A stretch of DNA of 37,320 bases from Candidatus Thorarchaeota archaeon (GCA_048884785.1 JBHLQM010000029.1:1-37320); one strand, 5' to 3'; shown: positions 1 through 9,946, counted from the stretch's first letter. Translations and numbers: made by a program. Notes: generated by a model not told the origin, from the letters alone.

Positions 1-262
1 CAGTGCCCATCAGTGCTGGTATCTCGAACTCCCTAGTGACTATTGCCAAGTGCGACCCAAGAGCCCCTGACATACAGACAACTCCCGCTAGTTTTGAGAG
101 AACCGGGGCCAAGAATGTTGTACCTGCATCATCAACCAGTACAATCTTACCATCAGCACCTTCTTTCAGGAGAGCAATCACTTCTTGGACTGATGTTATA
201 TAACGAAGTTCACCCTCAGCGTGAAGGTTTAGGGAAATGAGTCCATCACTGATTTTCCTCAT
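1..262 (-). CDS. PEP-utilising enzyme mobile (His-phosphocarrier/swivel) domain protein, 3'-truncated by window edge
   Basis: Not in ORF track. ATG at 262 reads MRKISDGLISLNLHAEGELRYITSVQEVIALLKEGADGKIVLVDDAGTTFLAPVLSKLAGVVCMSGALGSHLAIVTREFEIPALMGT and stays open to the edge. GSHLAIVTREFEIP matches the SH-x-AIV-x-RE-x-x-IP phospho-His motif. Confidence 0.85.
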   Translation of the reverse strand, partial: MRKISDGLISLNLHAEGELRYITSVQEVIALLKEGADGKIVLVDDAGTTFLAPVLSKLAGVVCMSGALGSHLAIVTREFEIPALMGT

Positions 263-420
263 GAATCTGTGCCACTCCACAGTCCCTGCAAGAACAATAA
301 ATCCCTGATTTAAGAGTGCTGATGTTGAGAAATCCTCTTGTTTCTTGAAACCCTAATACTTACATAATGGACTGTTCATGCGGCTTGGTGTTGCTTCAAT
401 CTAGGTAGGAAGTTAAGAGT

Positions 421-1578
421 ATGAACAATCGTGAAGTGAATGTCTACTTAAGACATATCTCTCAGGTTTTCAGTGATATTCTTGCTGAGCGAGGACTTCT
501 TGAATCCAAGCTGTTTCCTGTGAATGAATACATCAGTGTATCATGCTACCATGTATATGATTTCCAGTATGACCTGATGAAACAGGTGTGGGATAGGGTA
601 ACACCAGAAGATCTAGCAAAAAAGAGCAAGAAACTACTCTCAGAAATACATGCACTCTCTATCACCTATCAATGGCTATACTATGGGCTAGGTAGAATGG
701 GTGTCGTCTTCAACAAGTACGAATCAGACCCCACCAAAGAACCAGAAGACAAGCAAGCGCAATGGAAGTGGATCCTTGAAAACTGGTATCGACTAGGAAC
801 CTCATATTTCAACACAGGGGAGCCTACTGTTGCAGCGTCGGGTGGTGCCAATCTTGCCTTTGAAGAAGACACACTCGATTGGATCAAGGATAACCTGCAA
901 CCAGTAAATGAGAATCAAGTAAAACTGATGCGAAGGTCCCTCGGTACAATTGAATTGTATTGCTTCCTGGAAGAATGTGAGGCCAGGGCCAAACTCATTG
1001 ATCATGGACCCTATCGATACAGTGATGATGAGATTCTAGTGATGTCTGAGTTCACCCGGATGTATGATGGAAAGGGAGAACAGTGGTTGCCATGGTCAAA
1101 CACTGAAGCAAAACTTCCTTCCTCGTCACTTGGAGTTGCCATGACCATCAAGAATGCATCAGCAACATTGAACGATATTGGAACCATGGCGATTGAACCA
1201 GGTGACTATTCCGGGCTTGTGACTAATGCATGTCTATATACTAAGCGCGGAGAAAAAGTAGTGCCTATCGGCCTGGATGAGCTTCCAGCCTGGACTGAAG
1301 CTGCAGAGTCCGCACAGACTGAACTCTATATGAAATTCGCTGAATGGGATAAGAAGAAACTCATGCTTGCGGGTGCGATGGCATACTGGCGCGGATTTGC
1401 ACGTTTTACTGACCTTGTAGGTGTTACAGACAAAGTAGACTGGAACATTGCAAAGCACATTGAAGAAGAACATGTCCCCTTCTTCATGGTCAATGATGCA
1501 GATGCAGCATTTTTACGCTTTGGACGCTTCGATGACGAGATTGAAGAAGACCCTACGCTATATCTTCTCCCAGAATAG
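421..1578 (+). CDS. Hypothetical soluble protein (385 aa), function unknown
   Basis: Long ORF with normal composition, divergent from the His-carrier gene and 12 nt upstream of the next gene. No motif I can name. Confidence 0.8.
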   Translation: MNNREVNVYLRHISQVFSDILAERGLLESKLFPVNEYISVSCYHVYDFQYDLMKQVWDRVTPEDLAKKSKKLLSEIHALSITYQWLYYGLGRMGVVFNKYESDPTKEPEDKQAQWKWILENWYRLGTSYFNTGEPTVAASGGANLAFEEDTLDWIKDNLQPVNENQVKLMRRSLGTIELYCFLEECEARAKLIDHGPYRYSDDEILVMSEFTRMYDGKGEQWLPWSNTEAKLPSSSLGVAMTIKNASATLNDIGTMAIEPGDYSGLVTNACLYTKRGEKVVPIGLDELPAWTEAAESAQTELYMKFAEWDKKKLMLAGAMAYWRGFARFTDLVGVTDKVDWNIAKHIEEEHVPFFMVNDADAAFLRFGRFDDEIEEDPTLYLLPE

Positions 1579-1590
1579 GAAGCTACGATT

Positions 1591-2475
1591 ATGACGCACC
1601 TGTCAGACAGTGATGATTTTCTTCATGAGCCAAATGAACGACCTGATTTCAGAGAGAGCTACTACTTCAATTGGGTCGACCTTGGGAGTGGCGTTTCTGG
1701 ATTTACTACCATTGGTCTATTGCCAAATGCCAAGAAGAGAGAGTTTGTGTTCACACTCTTCTATGGCAAGGATTTGCGAGAGGCTTATTGGAAAGAACCT
1801 GGTGGAGAGGTGCCCAAAGACCTTGATGAGGCTTTGACTGATGGTAGTCTTTCCTACGAGCTGATTAAGCCCATGAATGATTGGAAAATAAGCTATCAAA
1901 GCAAGAAGATGTCTGCTGAGATTCTTTGGAGTGGAAGGTTTCCATGCTATGACTTTGGTAGAGGAAGTGGCACCTCTTGGGTAGGACACTTTGAACAGTC
2001 TGGAAAGGTTAAAGGAAAGGTCACTTTGTCAGACGGAAGGCAATTTACAATCAACGGTCTTGGTGAGAGGGATAAGAGCTGGGGATCACGTGACTGGCAC
2101 ATCGAGAGTTGGTATGCACTTCATGCGCAATTTGACACCATTTCCATCGGACTAAGAAGAGATTACGTGAATGGAGAATATCATGCTTCTGGAGGAATAT
2201 CCAGAAAGGATGGTCATATACCCATAACCAAAGTGGATCTGGACACAGAATTTCTAGAAGACCGGATGCCACATGCAGCTGAAACTAAGGTCTATGGAGA
2301 AGATGGTAGCTGTTATACTCTGAAGTCAAAGCTGATTTCTGACGGATCCTATGTGAGGTTCACTAGGGATTTCTCAGGAGGAACAACTGAACTCTGGGAA
2401 GAGATGGCAATTCATGAGTGCAAAGAATTGGATGAGAAGGGAACCGGTCTGTTAGAGTGGCTCTTCACATTCTAA
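1591..2475 (+). CDS. CrtC/AttH/tocopherol-cyclase-like beta-barrel protein (DUF7064/7065-like)
   Basis: RESYYFNW, HFEQSG, GERDKSWGSR motifs resemble this superfamily; beta-rich pattern. Confidence 0.6.
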   Translation: MTHLSDSDDFLHEPNERPDFRESYYFNWVDLGSGVSGFTTIGLLPNAKKREFVFTLFYGKDLREAYWKEPGGEVPKDLDEALTDGSLSYELIKPMNDWKISYQSKKMSAEILWSGRFPCYDFGRGSGTSWVGHFEQSGKVKGKVTLSDGRQFTINGLGERDKSWGSRDWHIESWYALHAQFDTISIGLRRDYVNGEYHASGGISRKDGHIPITKVDLDTEFLEDRMPHAAETKVYGEDGSCYTLKSKLISDGSYVRFTRDFSGGTTELWEEMAIHECKELDEKGTGLLEWLFTF

Positions 2476-2522
2476 GAAAAGAAGGTTTGTGGATAGCCTT
2501 TGTAGCAGCCATCCACAGAACT
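2476..2522 (-). terminator. Hairpin plus T-rich tract between convergent genes
   Basis: TGTGGAT/ATCCACA inverted repeat, followed on the minus strand by CTTCTTTTC just after the hydrolase stop. Confidence 0.5.
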
Positions 2523-2530
2523 TGCCGCAC

Positions 2531-4255
2531 TCAGAACACCATAATACCCGAGCTTAATGATAGGATTGTAGCAATTATCCAAGCAAATAGCAGCGCATTA
2601 ATCATAGCACCAAGGTAGAGTCTGTTTGTTGATCTATACGACCATACCATAATCACGATTGCTACTGCAAACCATGGTGTGAAGGCATAGAAGAATAGGA
2701 ATGAAAACCCTATCATCCCTGGAAAAATGGCAGTGCCTAATAGCATCCCAACACCGAGCTCCAGTGCTATTAGGATTACGAAAGGATAGCATTTTAGGAA
2801 TATCGCAATCATTGACCATTTTAGCTGTCCCTTGTACCATGGCTTACTGTCAGATGGTCTTAGAGGTCCCATCAACCATAACCCTTCCACGAAGGAATAG
2901 ATGAAGATTGGTATTGCATAGATTGGTACAAAGAATACTCGAGATACTGTGAGGTCGTTCATGCCGGGAAGGAAACTTCTCAAATCAAGTGCAAATCCGA
3001 GGTCAACAAGCAGAGTCCAAGCATAAAGCCAGAGAATGACAATCAATGATAGAAGGAATGTTCTAAATAGGGCTGTTTTCCTATTCTGTTGATTTGAATC
3101 AATCTTCCAAAGCACACTCAGATTTATTCCCTTAGTTTTAGAAACCATCCGCAGTAACAGATAGAAAATGATTGATGTACCTATGAACCACAAAATGATT
3201 GCTGCGCCATAGCTCTGAGGGAATGGGATGAAACCGCCTATTCCTAGAAGGGGATAAAACGTAATCGGAGAAATCACACCAAAGATCATCCCCCATTTGA
3301 GGAGAGTTCTTCTGTCAGCTGAATACTCGGTAGATGGATCTTGTTTTAGTGACTGAAACAGAGAGAACTCGAGAAGAATAGTGATCAAAGGAAAAACAGT
3401 AAGAATAGCCCCCAATGTGGCAAAGAAACCTCCAAAAACCCACCAGGAATATACAAGACTACTACTTGGGATCCAATGCGCATCCTCAATGCCGCCTTTT
3501 AGACTATTCTTCATCCATTCAACTGTTTGACTGACAATTTCAGGGTCGATTGTTTCAAAGAGATGATTCGTTCTAGCTGTGACGTACCTACGAGCACTAC
3601 CACTAGCAAAATCACCATATGTGACATATTCTTGAATGTCCGTAGTTCCAAAGGCATCCTCTAGGGATGTTAAATTGCGTCCTGAGAAGAATGAGTCGAA
3701 ATCACCCACTGTGACCAAGAGGTTGCGTGGAAACGATGTGTTCCATGTGTTTCCTACCCAACTTCCAACAAGCACTACTGCTCTAACATCAATCGATGCC
3801 TGCTCTATTGCACTCCCTAAAATTCCACCTCCCATGCTATGGCCAATCACCCCAATGGAGGCGCTATCAACATACTCAAGGCTTGCCATATACTCAAGTG
3901 ACGCAAGGCCGCTACCACTCCCCGAATCTGAATTACCATGCCCATTTGCATCTGGAGTTAATACCACAAATCCACGGCGAGCAAGTTCGATTCCAAAAGC
4001 CATCAACCACTCCTTATTTTGAAGCACACCATGATAGACAACTACACCGGGGAGTGGATTGGAGCTGGTTGCATAAGTAGGCCGCTGAAGTGTACTGTGG
4101 ATATTTGAACCATCAGCGGCTTGAAAGTCCACTTCAGTGACTATTACCAAGCCCAAACTATTCTGAATAGAAGCAGCCAGGGCGACACCTCCTAGCATCA
4201 ATCCAATGGTGAGTAGGAGTGCAAGATATCGCAGCCGAGGTTTCCTTGTTTGCAT
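2531..4255 (-). CDS. Membrane-bound alpha/beta hydrolase (N-terminal catalytic domain, multi-TM C-terminal domain)
   Basis: N-terminal hydrophobic segment, YHG oxyanion region, GHSMGG nucleophile elbow, about 8 C-terminal hydrophobic helices. Confidence 0.85.
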   Translation of the reverse strand: MQTRKPRLRYLALLLTIGLMLGGVALAASIQNSLGLVIVTEVDFQAADGSNIHSTLQRPTYATSSNPLPGVVVYHGVLQNKEWLMAFGIELARRGFVVLTPDANGHGNSDSGSGSGLASLEYMASLEYVDSASIGVIGHSMGGGILGSAIEQASIDVRAVVLVGSWVGNTWNTSFPRNLLVTVGDFDSFFSGRNLTSLEDAFGTTDIQEYVTYGDFASGSARRYVTARTNHLFETIDPEIVSQTVEWMKNSLKGGIEDAHWIPSSSLVYSWWVFGGFFATLGAILTVFPLITILLEFSLFQSLKQDPSTEYSADRRTLLKWGMIFGVISPITFYPLLGIGGFIPFPQSYGAAIILWFIGTSIIFYLLLRMVSKTKGINLSVLWKIDSNQQNRKTALFRTFLLSLIVILWLYAWTLLVDLGFALDLRSFLPGMNDLTVSRVFFVPIYAIPIFIYSFVEGLWLMGPLRPSDSKPWYKGQLKWSMIAIFLKCYPFVILIALELGVGMLLGTAIFPGMIGFSFLFFYAFTPWFAVAIVIMVWSYRSTNRLYLGAMINALLFAWIIATILSLSSGIMVF

Positions 4256-4365
4256 ACAGAGTTCCCCACACTAGTGACCTTGAAAGAAACATACCCGTCT
4301 AATATTTTCTCTTGGTGTTAGAACCCACAGTATTAAGTGAGAAAATGAAGGATAGATTACGTATT

Positions 4366-4995
4366 ATGCCAGATTGGGATCAAATCTTCCAAGAGAAAGG
4401 CCATGTCTTCACCGAGCCGCATCCAGAAATGGAAGGACTCGTAAAACTCTTTCATGACGCAAGCGTGAAGAATATTCTTGACGTTGGCTGTGGAACTGGA
4501 AGGCATCTTGTATATCTGGCAAAGCATGGTTTCACCATGTTCGGATTTGATGTATCAGAACACGCTATTCAAATGGCCAGGAAATGGTTGCATGAAGAAG
4601 GACTGTCTGCTGATCTTCTGCAGCACGGCATGGAGTCTATCTTTCCTTATGCCGACAACACTTTTGATGCTATAATCTCAGTACAAGTGATACATCATAA
4701 TCGTATTAGAGAGATTCGGAATGCAGTAGCAGAAATTGAGAGGGTTCTGAGTCCAAGAGGCTACGTTTTCATCACAGTACCAATACTCTCTCAGGGTCCG
4801 ATTGATCCTGAAGATGACTGGCATTTGAATGAGATTGAACCTGGAACCTACATCCCTCAGCGAGGTCCCGAGAGTGGAGTCTATCATCACTATTTCACGG
4901 AAGAGGAGCTATTGGAACTCTTCTCTTCCTTTAGAGTGATTAAATTGACAATTGATGAAATAGGACATAGGTGTCTGTTGGGCAAAAGGAGATGA
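4366..4995 (+). CDS. Class I SAM-dependent methyltransferase
   Basis: ILDVGCGTGRH motif I, FDAII motif. Start uncertain (ATG 4366 or 4345). Confidence 0.9.
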   Translation: MPDWDQIFQEKGHVFTEPHPEMEGLVKLFHDASVKNILDVGCGTGRHLVYLAKHGFTMFGFDVSEHAIQMARKWLHEEGLSADLLQHGMESIFPYADNTFDAIISVQVIHHNRIREIRNAVAEIERVLSPRGYVFITVPILSQGPIDPEDDWHLNEIEPGTYIPQRGPESGVYHHYFTEEELLELFSSFRVIKLTIDEIGHRCLLGKRR

Positions 4996-5004
4996 GTATG
5001 TCCT

Positions 5005-6192
5005 TTATTGCTCTATACCATGAATTGGGAAAATCAGTGTTTTGACCTTGGTAATGGTTTCATCGATTGCTCTATGAATCTTTGAATAGTGCTCTTCGTC
5101 AAGCCTGGTAGGTCTATCAGTCCATCCAAGTCTTGGCATTTTCAGACCATATGAGAGACAGAGTTTAACCCACTCTGGCGGTTCTATGGGTGGCAATGAC
5201 ATTCCCGCAATATTAGATAGAACGATTGTCCAGACTTTCGCTGCTGAAATTGGATTATAGCCACCACCACCGACGACCACCAATTTTCGTTCTCCAAGGT
5301 GCACGAGTTGGCGAACTGTCTTTGAAAGACGGTGATATGTATCATATGTCAACATCAGGTCTGCGAGAGGGTCTCCAATATGAGCATCCGCACCAACATC
5401 CCAAAACACCATGTCTGGCTTGTAAGCCAACCATAGAGGTACAACAATGTCTTCAAACGCTCGCCAAAATTCCACATCATCAGTCAGAGGCGGAAGAGGG
5501 ATGTTGACTGTGTAGCCCTTTCCTTCACCAACTCCCATCTCTTCAGGTCGACCAGTTCCTGGAAAGAATCCCATGCTCAGCTCATGCATCGAGATTGTCA
5601 GAACCTTCGGGTCGTCATAGAAAGCTGCTTGGGTACCATCACCATGGTGCACATCTGTATCAAGATACAACACTTTCTTGTCAGGATACGTTTGTCTATA
5701 TTTCCTGAGTGCTATGGCACAATCATTATAGTAGCAGAAGCCGGAGGCTCTGCTTGGCATGGCGTGATGAAGTCCTCCAAAGAAGGACATCGCATTATTG
5801 AACTTGCCTTCAGCAACACCCATTATGGCATCAATCGTTGCACCAACAGGATACGCGGCATACTCATGCATACCCGGAAAGACTGGGCAGTCATCTGTAT
5901 CAAGTCCAAATCGTGATGAGAACGCAGATCCTGTGTTTCCAAACAGTTCCATAGTTTCTATGTAAGACACATCATGGAAAAGCAGCAACTCCTGTCGAGT
6001 GGCCATTCTCATCGGCTGAGGGGTGATATATTCACTATCCAAGATACCAGACATCACAGGAAGACTCCATGCCATATCGAATCTAGCCTTATTCCAGAAT
6101 GGATTGGGCTCTGCCCGCATTCTCTCTAGGTCATCTAGTCCCTCCATTTTCAGGAAGATAGATGAATCATAGAGTGCGGTCTTCTCACGCAA
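5005..6192 (-). CDS. Zn-dependent histone deacetylase family / AcuC-like protein
   Basis: GGLHHA, SGFCYYND, DTDVHHGDG, GADAHIGDPL, GGGGY motifs. TTG start at 6192 preceded by GGAGG. Confidence 0.92.
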   Translation of the reverse strand: MREKTALYDSSIFLKMEGLDDLERMRAEPNPFWNKARFDMAWSLPVMSGILDSEYITPQPMRMATRQELLLFHDVSYIETMELFGNTGSAFSSRFGLDTDDCPVFPGMHEYAAYPVGATIDAIMGVAEGKFNNAMSFFGGLHHAMPSRASGFCYYNDCAIALRKYRQTYPDKKVLYLDTDVHHGDGTQAAFYDDPKVLTISMHELSMGFFPGTGRPEEMGVGEGKGYTVNIPLPPLTDDVEFWRAFEDIVVPLWLAYKPDMVFWDVGADAHIGDPLADLMLTYDTYHRLSKTVRQLVHLGERKLVVVGGGGYNPISAAKVWTIVLSNIAGMSLPPIEPPEWVKLCLSYGLKMPRLGWTDRPTRLDEEHYSKIHRAIDETITKVKTLIFPIHGIEQ

Positions 6193-6365
6193 TAGATATC
6201 CTCCGTATCTCGATTTTCTCCAGCACGCAACCATATCGGTCGCGCACTCATATTTAGAGGTAGTTGTATGAAATTGAATGTTGATAAAAGGACTTGTTTG
6301 GTCATAGTCTAAAACACCTCCAATTCGAAAGCCTCATTATTTGCCGCTCCTTTCAATTAACCATC

Positions 6366-7376
6366 ATGTCCAAATTTGACCTTCTAGAGCAGACATTCCT
6401 GGGCAACTTCGATGAAAAAATTCCCATCTCTCTTTGGAAACACCATCCTGAGACCGATAGAACACCAGAGGGTTTAGCATCTGCAGATGTGGCATTTCAT
6501 AAGAAATTCAAGCACGACCTCATGAAGATAAGCTTCTTTGGCCATTATCCCTGCATCGACTTTGGATGCACAGCTGAATATGATGGAGCCATATCAGGGT
6601 CAACAACACTGACGAGCAGCGTCATTAACAATGCTAGCGACTGGGAAGTCCTGGAGCCTCCAGATGTGAATGCTGGTGTCTTCGGCGAACAGGTGAGAGC
6701 TGTGGAACTGATTCAAAGATACTCTCACGGCGTAGTACCAACTATGGCAACAATATTTGATGGCCCTATGGTTGCTGACAAATTATGTGACAAAGACCTT
6801 GCCAAGTATATGGATGAGAATCAAGATATAATAGAGTCAGCACTCGACCTGATTACGGATGTCATGATTGACTTTGCCCGAGCAACTCTTGACGCGGGTG
6901 CAGATGGTCTATTTCTCGCATCACAGCATTCGACTCTGACTTCAGCGACAGATGAACACTATGAGAGATTTATCCTTCCACAGGACAAAAAACTTGTATC
7001 AAAACTCCGAGGAAGAGCCAAGTTTATGGTAATGCATCTGCACGCTCGGGAACCAGGAGAAGTCATACGATTTGATAGAATTGCAAAGACTCCCGGAATA
7101 GATGGGATTAACTGGGAAGACCAGACGGCATCGATTTCATTGAGAGAAGGAAAGAAACTATCACGAAAGACTGTCTTTGGTGGAATAGATCATAATGGTG
7201 TTTTTAGAACTGGGACGCCTGATGAAGCAAGTGAACAGATTCTGACTGCCATTGATGAAGCAGGCTACGAGAAGCTTGTCATTGCACCAGGCTGTGTGAT
7301 AACCATTGATACTCCGGAGGAAAACATACGAGCCGTAGTAGAAGCAGTGAGGTCAATAGAGATTCATGAGAAATGA
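6366..7376 (+). CDS. Uroporphyrinogen decarboxylase (URO-D)/MtaA-CmuA superfamily protein
   Basis: LDAGADGLFLA, FGGID, APGCVI...TPEENIRAV C-terminal signature. Lacks the RQAGRY motif of true HemE. Confidence 0.8.
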   Translation: MSKFDLLEQTFLGNFDEKIPISLWKHHPETDRTPEGLASADVAFHKKFKHDLMKISFFGHYPCIDFGCTAEYDGAISGSTTLTSSVINNASDWEVLEPPDVNAGVFGEQVRAVELIQRYSHGVVPTMATIFDGPMVADKLCDKDLAKYMDENQDIIESALDLITDVMIDFARATLDAGADGLFLASQHSTLTSATDEHYERFILPQDKKLVSKLRGRAKFMVMHLHAREPGEVIRFDRIAKTPGIDGINWEDQTASISLREGKKLSRKTVFGGIDHNGVFRTGTPDEASEQILTAIDEAGYEKLVIAPGCVITIDTPEENIRAVVEAVRSIEIHEK

Positions 7377-7390
7377 TAGGAGGATTCCAC

Positions 7391-9106
7391 TTGACCCGGA
7401 ACAAAGAGGTAGCAGCAGTTCTAAACGAAATCGCGATACTTCTTGAAGTTGAGGGGAAGGACAAGTTCAAGCCCCAAGCGTACTACCGAGCAGTACGGAC
7501 AGTCGGTTCGCATGGCGAAGATGTTGAACTGTTGGCCAAACAAAATGCTCTAACCAGTATCCCTGGCGTTGGAAAAGGGATTGCAGAGGTGATCAATGAC
7601 TACCTAAAGACCGGAAGCGTTCCTCTTCTTGAGGATCTTCGATCAAAGATACCCGTAAAGGTCCGAGAACTGGAGTCTATCCCTGGTGTGGGACCAAAGA
7701 AAATCAAACTGTTCTATGATGAACTAGGAGTCACTGATATTGACTCTCTTGAGAAGGCGATAAAGGAGGACAAGATTTCAAGTCTTAGAGGTATGGGTAC
7801 GAAGTCTCAGGACCAAATTGTTGAAGGTATCAAACTTGTCAGAGAAGGAATGAAAAGAACGCGCTTTGCAGATGCACTCCCAATTGTAGACCGTATTCTA
7901 GAAGCAGTGCGAAGAGCCCCAGGCGTTAAGAGAGCCGAGGCGGCTGGGTCGTTCCGTCGTCGTTGTGAAACTGTAGGGGACATTGACATTCTTGCGGAGG
8001 CAAAAGATGCAGAGCCTGTGATGGCTGCATTTGTAAAATTTGAAGACGTTGCCAATGTTTTGGCACAGGGTCCTACAAAGTCCTCAGTAAGACTGAAGTC
8101 AAACCTGCAGGTCGATCTCAGGGTTGTGCCAGCAGAGAGTTTTGGGGCAGGAATGCAATACTTCACTGGTAGTGTAGATCACAATGTTCAGCTTAGGTCT
8201 ATTGCCATCAAACTTGGACTACGGCTCAACGAGTATGGTCTATTCCGGGGAGACGTGCCAGTTGCTGGAGAGGATGAAGAGGGTATCTACAAGAAACTAG
8301 GATTGCCATTGATACCACCAGAACTCAGAGAAGGTACTGGAGAGGTTGAAGCCGCTCAGAAGAATGCACTTCCTCATCTAGTAACCTTAGATGATATCCA
8401 GGGTGACTTGCATAGTCATACTGACCAATCGGACGGAGCGAATACGATTGAAGATATGCTCAATGCAGCTCAGGCTAGGGGTTACAAATACTACTGCGTG
8501 TCTGACCATACTCAGAGTCTAGCAATCGCAAATGGGATGGATGAAGGCCGTCTTCTGAAACGAATCGATGAGATTGATGATTTGAATGCATCAGGTAATT
8601 GGAAGATGAAGATCCTCAAAGGTGCTGAAGTAGACATTCTCTCTACAGGAAGCCTGGATATCGAAGATGAGGTACTGAGTCAATTGGACCTGGTCACAGT
8701 GTCCATTCATAGTAGGATGAAAGACGAAACTGATGTGATGACCGAGAGAGTGTGTGAGGCTCTGAGGAATAAGTACGTACATATCCTCGGCCATCCAACA
8801 GGACGACTGATCTCCAGAAGACCAGAGTTTCATATTGACCTTAGGCAGGTTTTTGAAACAGCAAAAGAGAACAATGTTGCAATGGAATTGAATGCACATC
8901 CGAGCCGCTTGGACTTAGACGCCGGGAACCTGCGTGTGGCAATTGGCATGGGCTTGAAGATAGCGATTAATACTGACGCCCACAGGATTGAAGAACTAGA
9001 TATGATGCAGTTTGGAATATATCAGGCACGAAGAGGTTGGGTCTCGAAGAAGGATGTACTCAATACTTTTACACTGAAGGACCTCCTACGATTTATCAAG
9101 AAATGA
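7391..9106 (+). CDS. polX: DNA polymerase X with C-terminal PHP domain
   Basis: HhH motifs (IPGVGK, IPGVGPK), AGSFRR, GDIDIL, YFTGS, PHP motifs HSHT, DHT, HPTGR, NTDAH. TTG at 7391 after GGAGGA (alternative ATG 7373). Confidence 0.95.
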   Translation: MTRNKEVAAVLNEIAILLEVEGKDKFKPQAYYRAVRTVGSHGEDVELLAKQNALTSIPGVGKGIAEVINDYLKTGSVPLLEDLRSKIPVKVRELESIPGVGPKKIKLFYDELGVTDIDSLEKAIKEDKISSLRGMGTKSQDQIVEGIKLVREGMKRTRFADALPIVDRILEAVRRAPGVKRAEAAGSFRRRCETVGDIDILAEAKDAEPVMAAFVKFEDVANVLAQGPTKSSVRLKSNLQVDLRVVPAESFGAGMQYFTGSVDHNVQLRSIAIKLGLRLNEYGLFRGDVPVAGEDEEGIYKKLGLPLIPPELREGTGEVEAAQKNALPHLVTLDDIQGDLHSHTDQSDGANTIEDMLNAAQARGYKYYCVSDHTQSLAIANGMDEGRLLKRIDEIDDLNASGNWKMKILKGAEVDILSTGSLDIEDEVLSQLDLVTVSIHSRMKDETDVMTERVCEALRNKYVHILGHPTGRLISRRPEFHIDLRQVFETAKENNVAMELNAHPSRLDLDAGNLRVAIGMGLKIAINTDAHRIEELDMMQFGIYQARRGWVSKKDVLNTFTLKDLLRFIKK

Positions 9107-9130
9107 CATACTTCTGTGGGAGTGATATTG

Positions 9131-9592
9131 ATGGATAATACGGACCTGCAGAGACACATTGAACAGAATGGGATCGAGGCTGAGATACTCCCCATGAAAG
9201 GCCGAGTGCATTCAGTTGATGCTGCATCCAAAGAACTTGGTGTTCCCCATGAACGTTTCATCAAGACAGTTGTCTTTGTCACAGAATCAGATACACCAGT
9301 ACTGGCAATAGTCTTAGGCACGGACCGAGCAAGTTCGAAACGAATCGGAGCCGCGTTGAGTATTGCGCCACCCAGACTTGCATCTCCTGAAGATGCGCTA
9401 AGGCTCACAAAGTATGCAGTGGGAGGAACGCCACCAATCTCCATATCAGGTGCCCCAGTTATCATTGACCCCAAAGTCATAGAGATGGAGGAAATCATTG
9501 GAGGCGGAGGCACAGATCGTCACCTCCTTCGAATAAAACCTCAGGATATAGCCAGAGATACCAATGCTATTGTTACACGTATTCGAAAATAG
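9131..9592 (+). CDS. YbaK/EbsC family aminoacyl-tRNA deacylase
   Basis: IKTVV, LASPE, VGGTPP and GGG motifs. Confidence 0.88.
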   Translation: MDNTDLQRHIEQNGIEAEILPMKGRVHSVDAASKELGVPHERFIKTVVFVTESDTPVLAIVLGTDRASSKRIGAALSIAPPRLASPEDALRLTKYAVGGTPPISISGAPVIIDPKVIEMEEIIGGGGTDRHLLRIKPQDIARDTNAIVTRIRK

Positions 9593-9697
9593 GCGGCCTG
9601 CTCAGGTCCAAAAGGCCCTTCGCCAAATCTCCTACCTTTGCATCCGCCTTTCCGATAGACAGCGCAGCCAATAAATCTGCAGCCAATACATTCGTGT

Positions 9698-9946
9698 AAA
9701 AAGAGCGAGGCTCGAGAGGTCCTGCTCGATGAGCTGGGTATTGACAGAGGAGCGGTTTCGCAGGACGCGATTGAGGCTGTCACGTCGCTGGGCAATGAGC
9801 GCTATAGTGCCCTGAGCTACTCTATCATCAGGGCAATGCAGAACCGCAAGAAACCGCACCCCGGATTCGATGACGCCTACGAAGCGCATCGCGCAGTGGA
9901 TGCCGCCTACAAGTCGGCGGAGTCGGATCTTGTGACGGAGCTATAG
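9698..9946 (+). pseudogene. 5'-truncated remnant, probable C-terminus of a Gfo/Idh/MocA oxidoreductase
   Basis: Frame with no credible upstream start reads KKSEAREVLLDELGID...AMQNRKKPHPGFDDAYEAHRAVDAAYKSAESDLVTEL*. The P-x-F-x-D-A...DAAYxSAE ending is typical of the family. Confidence 0.6.

Noticed and set aside
6366-7376. Assigning hemE
   Set aside because: The RQAGRY motif is absent; only the superfamily is supported.
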